Shown in pieces: positions 23,899-34,429 of a DNA stretch of 64,000 nt. The DNA comes from Lepidodermella squamata. Its lineage: Eukaryota; Animalia; Gastrotricha. Each line of letters begins with the position of its first letter. Positions within the stretch are counted from its first letter, which is position 1. Location: NCBI GenBank assembly GCA_047495785.1, contig JBLDXI010000020.1, forward strand, positions 558,001 to 622,000, in the 5' to 3' direction. Position numbers and translations under genes: made by a program. Below the pieces are notes generated by a model that saw only the letters and a list, made by a program, of their open reading frames with translations, was not told where the DNA came from and ran no database searches.

Positions 23899-26781
23899 TC
23901 AGAGAATGGCGAACAGCTTTTTCAATTCTATCATGAGTTCCCAGTCGGCGCGCTGCATATCGTCGCGGAACCATTCTTTGACCGCGTCGATAGATTCGCG
24001 AGTAACTTTCGACACCAACATGTCCTTCTCGTCAAAATGACGGCCGTACATTTTTGGTCCTCCTTCGGTACCAGACACCGGCTCAATTTTTATACAAACT
24101 TCCAGGGGCGATCGAGCGGAAGGCACTTGCTTATGATTTGCTTCAATTGACGTAACGCGGCCCAGTTCTACGAACGGACGATCAGTCGAGGCCGTGCAAA
24201 TTGGGGTGCCCTCGACAAGCCGGCCTGACTCGACACGCACACCCATGACAATAGGATCTCGGGAGTTGAAAATAAACTCTGGAAGAATTTTCAGCTTAAC
24301 CGGGAAAACGGCGACGTTCTTTAACTCCGCTTGTTTCCGCTTCTTATGCTCGTCACGGTACTGACCAAATTTATCGGTCAAATGGTAAATGATGTCGGCT
24401 TCGAAAATTCGCACACCCAAGGAATCGGCGAGTTGGCGAGCGTCGGCTTCGACTCGCACATCAAAGGCTAGGATAACAGCAAACTGAGGGTCACGCTCCA
24501 GCATAGCAGAGCAGCGCATGACATCGCGACGGTGCACCGGTCCGACTGCGATATCAGCATATGGCACTTTCTCCTGACGCAAATAAGTCAACAAAGCCTC
24601 AAGAGCGCCAAGGGTGCTAGCCTGAACCGACACACCGGTATCGGCTTTTTTAAGCTGCAGTTCGCCTAAAGCAGCGTCCAAGTTGCCCTGCATCTCCCGG
24701 CGGCATTCTTCGAGTTCATCCGGGTGACGGAGGATGCCAAGTGGGAGACCGGCCAAAGCGCGCTCAGCCGCGTCTCCTCGAAGCACCAGTCGCAAGGCGG
24801 TAGCACCTTTAACGCGGTGGTGACGTGAATAGCGTGAAGATTTAACACGCAACTCGCGCATAGGCTGAGGGGTGAGCAATTCTCGAATGACGGCTTCCAC
24901 AGCACCGTCAACGGTCGGTACCAATACCGAATTTCCGACTCGCAAACGTCCATTAACAAGTAATACGTCCATGACCGGACCAAGGCCAGGCACGGATTTG
25001 ACCTCCATGATAGAGCATTGAGTCTCGTTCGAAAAGCGAAGGCGTTTCGAAAGTGTTGGTAAAACGCGGCAGAGGCGAACAAGTTGCGACACAATAGTTC
25101 CCAGACCGTCTCCGGTGACAGCAGATGTAGGAACGCACGGTACGTAGTCTTCCGTCAGTTGCTGATCGGTAAGAGTGTTGTACACGCGGGCGTTGAGCGA
25201 TGCCTCAGCTGCCAGCTGCACAATAACTTGATTGCAGCGATCTTTGAACTCCGACTGAACAGCGGCGTTTTGCGAATTGATCGACTTCATGATATCGGTG
25301 CGCGAGCCGGTCGTCTTCCAGCCGTAAAGACGATCCACCTTGTTGAGCGCGATTATGAATGGCACGTTGCGTTTTCGAATGATCTTCAAAGATTCAATAG
25401 TCTGTGGTTCGAGGCCGTGCATCAGATCAACGACCAAAATAGCGACGTCGCACAAGCTAGATCCTCGCATACGGAGGTTAGAGAAAGACTCGTGTCCGGG
25501 TGTGTCAATGAACATAATGCCTGGAAGTTGGCCGAGCTGAGCTTCAGCGGCGCTTTTCACTGCCTGGGCGGATTGGGCGTTGGCGAATCCTAAGCGGAGC
25601 TGTTCACGCAGCTGTTCGCCTGCCATCTCACCGAGGGCTTCGATCGGTACGTTAGTTCCGCCGATTTGCTGAGTGATACCACCAGCTTCACCGGACTGAA
25701 CGTTTGAACGGCGAAGCTTATCCAACAAGCTGGTTTTACCAGTATCGACGTGACCTAGGACGCAAACGATGGCGGCTCGGTAAACAGTTTTATCTGGATC
25801 ACTTTCTAAGCGTTTGGCTTCTGCGCGCTTTCGACGGGCACCGATGCGGTCGGAAGCTGGTATTGCGGCATCTTCTGGGCTCGATAGTCCACTGTCCGTG
25901 TCAGAATCCTTCATCGGGTCATCCAATTCAGCGTCCGCCGCTGCTTTTTGAGCAGCTTGCGCTTGCTGACTAGCAGCGGTCTTTTTATTATTAGCGTCAT
26001 TGTTTTCAGCCTCGGCAGGTTCTTCCTCATCGGTCGAAACGTCCCAGGTTTCCGGAAGCGAGCCCTCGGATTTGTCATCTTTGACTTCCTCCGCTTCGGG
26101 AGATTTGTCGGCCGCTTTCGCATCGGCTTTTGGCTTTTTTCGAAATTCCTTTTTCGGTTTTTCTGTGGGCGCCTGGCCAGCAGCTGTAGCCTGGCCAAGC
26201 ACTTGCTCGCGCTCCTTAAGCATCTGCTCAAAACGTTCTTTGTCGCGTTTTTGTTTTTCAGTTAAGACCAGTCCTTTGGCTTTCTTCTCCGCCAACTTCG
26301 CTTTTTCTTTCTCCTTCTTTAAACGCTTTTTTTCCTCTGCCTCTTGGAGAGCCTTTTCTCGTGCAATCCGCGCTTCTTCCGCTTTTCGCTCCTTTTCTTC
26401 GGCTTCGCGTTGCAGGCGTTCGTTCTCCGCTGCGATGCGAGCCAACTCCTCACGCATGATGCGAGCGCGCATTTCTGCAGCAGTCTCTTTCTTTTCTTTG
26501 CCTTTTTCCTTTTCTTTCTCTTTCGCTTTCTTCTTCTTATCTTTTTTCTTTTTAGCAGCGGCAGACGCGTCGGTACCACCAGCAACATTTTCTTCGCCAC
26601 TGTCGTCACCATCGTCATCATTGACTGCGACGAGTAATAAATCGTGAAAAATAAGTACCTCAAAATTGTAATTTCACGGCATACCATTCAACGCGGCAAT
26701 CTTTGATGTGGCATCGCTGCTCTTCTCGTTGTCAGCCGGAGCCGGAGTCGTTCCGTTTGCGACTGTTGCCTCGCTTGACAT
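23899..26781 (-). CDS. EIF5B: Eukaryotic translation initiation factor 5B (one 60-nt intron, 26625-26684)
   Basis: Charged N-terminus; GHVDTGKT, GEAGGITQQIG, DTPGHESFSNLR.RGSSLCD, NKVD; QASTLGALEAL; FNSRDPIVMGV; MYGRHFDEKD. Confidence 0.97.
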
Positions 26782-26917
26782 GACAGGCAAATATACTTTA
26801 AAATCCTAATCCAATGAAGAAATGATCATGAATAAGGAGTTGCGTTGCCATTGTAGCGTTTATGAAAATCGAAACAACTTGTTTATTACCAAAATTAGCT
26901 CAACACTTATCAGGCCA

Positions 26918-27724
26918 CTATCCCGATGTTTGCAGTGCTTCTGTTAGAATCGGCCGAACAGCTGCCGAAGTTGCAATCAAACAAGTCAAAACTTGCGAGT
27001 GCTTCTGAGAAAATGCCGCGCAGGCGGCACTACTAAATTTCTCATCGTTCGACCTGTGCCACCACATAGCAGTGAATTGACCCAAATTAGGCATAACGGT
27101 ACCAGCAACTAAAACCGCAGCGTTCGACATTTCAGAGGCGCCTGGATCCACAAGTAACTTCGAAGAATCAGCTGAAATTGAGCAAATGCTTCCAACTACC
27201 AAGTCACGAAGAGGTACCCCTCGAGCCATCAAAGCGACACTTCCAGCATTCACGCATGAGACAATTAACTGCATGAGCGCCAATTCCTCGCACAAATTCG
27301 CCGAATCTAAACTGGATACAGATTCGATCGGCAACTCGACGACAAAATTCAAGTCAAATGCAGTTCCAGCCCATCCAGTAGGTGGTGTCGTGAGAGTTGG
27401 CAAGAGAGCTGTATGAATCGATTTTTCAATAATTTGTTTCTGCCACCATTTGGGGGTTTCATTTTCTCGAGCAGTAAGTTTGATACACAACGGGGAATTC
27501 GATGTTGAGGTTACTTGGGGCCGGGGCCCATCGACTTCGCAATAAACTTTAAGAGAGCCGCCGCATTCAGATCCGAGACTGCGCTCAACGACACATGACG
27601 CTTGGGATGAAAACAGCTGCTGAGAATCATCATCAATGTTTTGTCTAAAGGCTATCACTGTAATAGGACTGTGTTGGTACTCGCTCCTCCCATCATAGCG
27701 CTTCCCCGAGGGTACAGGCTTCAT
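26918..27724 (-). CDS. EXOSC6: Exosome complex RNase PH-like subunit, most like MTR3/EXOSC6 (intronless, divergent)
   Basis: KVYCEVDGPR, CVNAGSVALMARGVPLRDLVVG, LLVDP, MPNLGQF, PILTEAL. Confidence 0.72.
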   Translation of the reverse strand: MKPVPSGKRYDGRSEYQHSPITVIAFRQNIDDDSQQLFSSQASCVVERSLGSECGGSLKVYCEVDGPRPQVTSTSNSPLCIKLTARENETPKWWQKQIIEKSIHTALLPTLTTPPTGWAGTAFDLNFVVELPIESVSSLDSANLCEELALMQLIVSCVNAGSVALMARGVPLRDLVVGSICSISADSSKLLVDPGASEMSNAAVLVAGTVMPNLGQFTAMWWHRSNDEKFSSAACAAFSQKHSQVLTCLIATSAAVRPILTEALQTSG

Positions 27725-29256
27725 TGTATAATATCTTCAAATGAGAAAATCTTCAACTGAAAGAAAATATTGTTCAATTATGAGTCTTATAGATGGCGAC
27801 AGATAAAATCTAAAACAATTTAAAGCAAGTATTACAGGAGGATTGCTGGCATCTGGCATAATAAAAATACTTCGGTATGTATGATTACACTTGGAAGCTC
27901 AATTTCAAAGCTCGGAACTACTGAAACGGACTGAACAAACCACAATTTGCCCGTCGGTACCCGTGGAATGCCTGGGTAAACTGTGAACGTTCGATTTCGG
28001 ACTTGAACTCATAATAAATAATAAATTCAGAAAAGTTTAGGCCTAGTTTACTAGCTACTAAAAATGCCCCTATCGCCGGATACTCAAGATATTGCGAACT
28101 GTTTCGCCATGGCTCAGGACTATAATTAACATCCAGCAATATTGCATTTTTACTATGACGGGGACATGCTTGAAATAGGACAAAACCCTACATTGAACGA
28201 AAGCCAACCATATGCCAATATTGGATATTGGAATAAGAGATGAGATAGAGTACACATGAAGGTGTAATTAGCACCTCATACGCAAAGAAAAGCGTTCCTT
28301 CGCCTGAGAATTGAGAATTGGCCGTGGTATAACCTGTTAAGCATTAGGCACAAACGACACCAACGTCACCAAGAAAATTGTGACAAAGAATTTAACAATG
28401 TAAAAGCTATCGTGGCGAAGGCAGCGTCATGCAGAAAATACTATCTTCTCTCGTATGGTACCATGCCTAAAGCGTTGTTTCGGGATTACATCACATGCAC
28501 AACACTCCCACTACCACCGGCTTCAAAAAACAAATACCGCCAAATTTCATTTCATTTCCATCGTTAATTTCAATATATTGACAAAGACTGAACAAAATGT
28601 GTATTTACATATAAAATTTTATACAGCGAAACGGAAATATTGGCTTTGTCTCCAATCCACGTGACGTAGTAGAGTTTCTTTATCTCATCGAAAACAAATA
28701 GCTTGTTGGCTATCAAATCGGAACTGTAGGCCAATGAAGCCAAGTGACAAATGCTAATGCCAAGTACGGTGATGCTAGCGAAGCAATCAGCGAATACTTT
28801 CAAAGCCACCTACCTGCTTTGAGTTACAGCAATTTGCGTTGAAATACAAAACGTTGGGTGTTATGTTTGAAATTTCTTTCGGTTGGATTCATCAGAATGC
28901 CCAACACTGAGAAACAGCCTATCATGTATCATATAACTTGAGATACTCCTCAATCTGGTTGTTTTATTAAATTTCCTTTCATTTGTTCATATTTTGCCTG
29001 TTTTATTGTCATAATTGTTGACAGTAATGTAGCAGTGTTTGATTAGCTTGAATGTAAATAACGTCATCGGCTTTTGACGCCAGGCTGTCAAAGTGATTTC
29101 AAAGTGATAAACCTCCGGGAGATCAATGCTCAATCTCGACATTGAAGAACTTGTACATTCCATCTTTGTAATGGCGTTAGCTTTGCTAAACTTTGTCTTT
29201 ATCTTACCTTTTATGGTGTAGATCGTTTTCAAAGAAATATTTTTATTGTGATAAAA

Positions 29257-29906
29257 ATGGCTGAATCTTCAGCTGATATCAAAGTCATGCCAACGGTGCC
29301 CCTCCAAATTTCGCCATATGAACAAGAAGCATCCTCTGATTCCCAGGTAATTGTTTGAATTCGATAATGAGCACTGAGATAATGACTTGGCATCTTTTGC
29401 AGAACATCCAGGACGTGGATGACATTGCTGTGGTCAGAATGGAGGAACAGAAACTTCAAGCCAAGTATCCAAACTTGGCAAAGACCAGTGTCTCATCGAG
29501 CTTTCTCCAAAAACAGCTTAGCAAAGGGGTAAGTTGAATAATTATGTCCCACCTTCTACAGATGTTTGATGATGCTTTATTACAGCTTGTCTTCGATTCT
29601 GGGGATTATAATGCAGCGAAATCCAAAGTTCAAACAAAGAAGCCTTTGAAGCCAGAAGAGCAGTTGCAGCTGTCTATGATTAACAGTTTACCTGCTGATT
29701 CTCCGGCGCCCCATCATCAGCTCCCTCCCCCTCAACCGTCAGGTAGTGGCGCCAGTTCTCCGGTTGTCTATTCTCGTTCGCAATCGCTCACTCCTGCTTT
29801 GATGACATCGTCAACCCTTGGGCTAGGAACCTCAGGAGTTCAACCAAGTGGTCGCCCGGTTCGCAAACCTTCTGTTACGTCGCAAAGCCGGCTTGCCGCT
29901 TCATAA
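29257..29906 (+). CDS. ENSA: Alpha-endosulfine / ARPP19 family protein, 3 exons
   Basis: EEQKLQAKYPNL..FLQKQLSKG|LVFDSGDYNAAK (Greatwall site) and RKPS (PKA site); introns 29347-29402 and 29529-29585. Confidence 0.9.
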
Positions 29907-31137
29907 TTGAAAGCTTTCTTTCGCATTTACCGAAATACCGAAATTTCCGCATTAATTATAAAAGACTTGTAAATCTTTTTGAAAATGATTTCTTTTCACA
30001 CCCTACTGTTTCCTTCTGAATCCAGTCTGGAAATCAATTATCGGTGGATGGTATCTAGTGTTCAAGTTGTTCGTGCGTAATTTCATTTTCTTTCTTGAGC
30101 ATTTGCAACGCTTGATTAGCGCTCTAATCATCTTACGGCGCTAAAAATTGCTGTCACTGACCATCGCAGATTGGAAAAAGTTAAAAGGGCAATCAGTGCG
30201 CAACAACCCGGGTTTTTGTTTTTGCCTTTCCTATCGTTCGTTTCGCTCTTGCTAGTGAGTTTGTATTCATACTTGTATATAAGTCTTCACTTAAGAACTG
30301 GAACTGATATTTTACTCTGAAGTCAAGCTTCGATTGACCGATACAAATGCTTGATATGAAAACACAGAATTTATGCTTCAGCCCCTCTCATGCTTCGCAA
30401 GTCTTCTGGCTTCAAAGCTGATTCATGGCTGTTTCTGTTCACTGATGTCGTGTAACGCAATTCACATTTATCTCATCCGATCTTTCAGGATGAGACCGCT
30501 TGCTATTCAACATCAATTTTGTCATGTCTCGCTAATGCTTGACTGTTGAATAGAGCATTTCACATACGAATGGTAAAAACTCCCAAACTCATGCGTTTCT
30601 TTTTATTTGTACGCCAATCGCAATGCTAATCATAACAAATACGGACGCGTTTATCTTGAGAACTTAACCCTCATTTATCTCGCGTTATCATGTTGTCCTC
30701 ATGCAGATTCATCCCAGCTTCGCGACAGTCATCTCATCAGCATAAGTTACCAGTCAGTGTGATTCTTATTTTTCGTGATATTAATCACACATTATAATTT
30801 GAATGGAAAAAACTTGATGCTGATGCTTGAATGGGTAAAATCGCCGCCGATCCGTGGAAAATTCATTCCCGATAGGGATAGCTTGCGCACTGTGTCTCTG
30901 GTAGGAAACTGAACTTTTTATGTCGTCTCTCGTTTGTTATGGAACACCTCTTAGTGGAGTGTCTCATAAGTGATTAGCGGGACGTGCATTTCTGAACATG
31001 CATTGGTCTCGTCGTCAGCAAATATCGACTCTAGCTGTCTATATTTGAAAAATAAACATTCATTTCTTTCTGACCCGGTTTTATATTTTTTTATCATATT
31101 GCATCGAGTATTATAATTGAGCCAAATGACGAGATGA

Positions 31138-31805
31138 TCAACAGCATTTGCCTTTAAAAACTCCGGTAACTGCTAACGATACCAAAATCACAAATATTAG
31201 ACTGCAAACGAGTAGAAAGCCTGTTATTGTATATTCGCACGTTGTATCGCAGTTGGGAATGGCAAGCCAGTCGAAAGCAAGCAGTTTATTTTCGAGGTGC
31301 AACGACTGATTGTTGAATTTGATCACTTTATCGGATGGAGTACTGCTATTTTCAGGCGATAAAGACGTGATGATCGAGTTAACGGCGTGCGAGTTTTCTG
31401 GCAAGCAGCATACGTAAGGATCGGCGCAACCTTCAGTTAATATTCGCTCTTCGTAGGTTTGCGGGCAAACAGCAGTACAAATGCCCCTGGCAAAATGGTA
31501 CAACGCAATCATTACTATAAATGCCGAGGAGTGGTGTTATTTTACGCAGCAAAAAACACCGCTATTCATGGTTAATGTATATTATTCTTACCCTGGTGCA
31601 ATAGCCTGGCAAGCTGATGAATTCTGGCGGTGTGAAGCATTTGCTGTAGTAAAACAAGAGCATAGAAGAAAAGGTTACTATCAGAAAGTGTTGTTTTTGT
31701 CAAAGTTCAAATACCTGTACATGAAACGCCGGCTTGCAGTACAAGCAGTATGACCCTGAAGAGTTTTTCAAGCCGCGTAGTGGCGCATAAAAAACGTCTT
31801 ATCAT
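31138..31805 (-). CDS. Single-pass membrane protein with beta-defensin-like 6-Cys domain (paralog A), 3 exons
   Basis: Signal-like LFRVILLVLQAGVSC; spliced CQAIAPGGICTAVCPQTYEERILTEGCADPYVCCLPEN; S/T-rich linker; TM ITGFLLVCSLIFVILVSLAVTGVF; ends KGKCC. Confidence 0.75.
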
Positions 31806-32513
31806 TTTTCCGTCAACAAACCACATAGGTAATGATATGCAGTTTGGCTATGTCGTATAAAGTTCTTAATAATAATTTTAGTAAATGAAGGTATCAGCAT
31901 AGTAAATATTTCATTACAGAAAAGAGACGTGGAATGAAGCCGTAATAGAAGTAATAGGAAGTTTGCGGATTTGCGAATGAATACGCGTAAGGTAGCACAC
32001 GGATATCTGAAAAGAGAAAACTCGCTTTAGAATTAATTTCACTTGAAAAGCGCGTACCTATGCGCGTGTTTCCAATCCGGCGTCTGCCTATTACTTTCTC
32101 ATACATATACACTCTGCGTTGTGGCGAATGGTTCAGTGCCCAAACAGCTTTATTTTCAAATCTACGACCCTCGTCGTATCAACATATACTGGAGAACCGC
32201 AACTTTTCTCGCTTGTACACAAATTGGCGTGCAATTATTTATAGCTCCTAAAATGTAGAGCGCGATTATCGCTTACCTACCTCTGAAATTCACCGTCAAA
32301 GTGCTCGCTTGCATCGTACATCATCGCATTATAATTATACCAAACACAAATTTCATGTGATTGAGACGCAGAGTTTACCATGCCGTTGTTACATATATTT
32401 CAATTTTCATCATCATCTCGATTGTTTTGGTGACATTCGAGGTCATATACACGATGTAATTGAAGCTAATTGGCAAGTTTATTTTAGCAAACATAACCCG
32501 TGGTAATATTTAA

Positions 32514-34076
32514 TCAGCAACACCGCGTTAAATGCCCAGACATGGCCAGGCCTATGACAACCAATACGGTGATAGCGGCTGTGCCCATCAAAGTTAATAT
32601 TATTGCTTTGCAAAGAAACGAGCAGTCTTTTATGACAACGCCCTCTTCCTCTTCATAGGGCGAGTTAGCTGCCGTAATGAGCTGATGTGTCTCGGTCACT
32701 GTTCCATTCCCGCTGGAAGCCAACGATGTTGCTTTCCCATCAACGCGGCTGACGCTTTCTGTTGTTACGCTGACTTGTTTGCTTGTCACATCGTCATTGC
32801 GCACCTTATAAGCCCACGTCTGCTCGGTTTCATACACTGTCGGCATTACCGTACTTCCTCCGCTTTTTCCGCGCGTATCCGCTGTGCTAAAAGCTGAGTA
32901 GCGTTCGGGCGTGTTAAAAACTAATTAAGACACGTAGCATCAAGCTTCAAGATTTTTTTGCGCACTTTTTATATTTACCGTTCCAAACATCCTCCGGATC
33001 AACCCTGGTTGTCAGCTTCGTCGCCGCTTCAATTTCGGTGGCTATTTTCGGATAATTCACTTTTATAATTAAAATATTCAGCATTATCGATTTTTGTGTC
33101 ACCTTGCGAATGCCATGTTTCCCTCGACCAAAACGGCGTTGTCCATAGAGATGCTGGCTTAATTTCAAAGGTTGTGGTTTTAGTTTCGCCATGAGGCGTC
33201 GCGGCAATGACGGCATTTTCGGGCAAACAGCAGACGTAAGGGCTTGTACAGCCACCGAGCAGTTCATGTTCTTGATAGCCCACTGAGCAAACTGTAGTGC
33301 AAAATCCACCCGGTGCTAACGCAAGGCAGGCTGCTGAATCGTGACCTGGGATAGCATCAGCAAGCGCAGCAGCGACAACAGCAGCGCGGCCTAAAAATAA
33401 TATATCAAAAATATTGTGAATTTATTCTTCCACCACCACTGCGCGTGTGCGTTAGAGTTGTTTTCCTATCGTAATTGCCATTAGGCGAAAAGATGAAAGA
33501 GGAGAAGCAGTGTCCCTGGCCTTATCGATTTATACTTCCAGCTCTTCCGCAATATACCGCTACTTTGTATTTATAAATATTTCATTATGCCCCTGCATTC
33601 TAGCAATAATAGCTCATTATTAACTGTTTATTGTATTGTGTCGGGTATTAAGGAAGGCAACGTGACTGCCTATATAGGCCGAATATTACAAATTCAAAGA
33701 TGGTACCTTCCTCGAGATGTTGTTTGGCGGCATCGGGCGCGCCTGAAACCGCTGTGATGTTGATGATGAAAATCCAATAAATGCTTCGTAAGAAAAATAA
33801 AAACAGGCGAGCGGAATCAGCTGAATTGGCGCTGTTTCTTTTGCCGCTGTAATGGCTCTGATGAAAAGGGTAATGACGGTGCCGCAATACTATTGTATTG
33901 GCTGCTTCATGATGATGCTGATGCCGATGCGAAGATGGCGCGGATGAGTAGGCGGCCGATGAATATGCACAGCCGCCTGCTTCGTGCATAAGAAACTGGT
34001 AAAAATAGGACGGAATAATTGATGACTTTCCGGCATCCAACAGCCGCTCGATTTTGCATCTCGGCGATAGCGACAT
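32514..34076 (-). CDS. Single-pass membrane protein with beta-defensin-like 6-Cys domain (paralog B), at least 4 exons; start at 34076 or 33989
   Basis: Hydrophobic LFLFFLRSIYWIFIINITAVSG; CLALAPGGFCTTVCSVGYQEHELLGGCTSPYVCCLPEN; phase-compatible introns 33391-33706, 33060-33102 and ~32894-32978; Thr-rich stalk; TM; ends LTRCC. Confidence 0.75.
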
Positions 34077-34429
34077 GCCTATTTAGTTTTCGCTGAGAGG
34101 TAAATTTACAACAACAAGTGCGTTCTGCAACTGCTCTAGTCATGACCGTGAGCTCTCCGCTATTTCCTTTCTTCACACTGGACAGAGGTTTAGGATGATG
34201 AATAAATACCGACCCAGACAGAATGATAATTGGAAATGTCAAATTACTCTCACTTGCTCGTAATGAACCGTAATTACGGACAAACACTGTTACATTCATT
34301 TTATTCATAATTTGATATAAACTTGAAACAATTGTCTAAATGAAAGGCTGAAAGTTTCCGCTGAAGAGTATCTTCTGTAAAAATAAGAATCGGATATTTT
34401 ATCAAAATAAATATTTGGTTTTCGTTTTG

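Noticed and set aside
25084-26647. Plus-strand ORFs opposite eIF5B
   Set aside because: Antisense shadows of low-complexity Lys/Glu/Ala coding sequence.
28865-28900. CTGATGA...GAAA on the minus strand as a second hammerhead
   Set aside because: No stem II pairing and no stem I partner.
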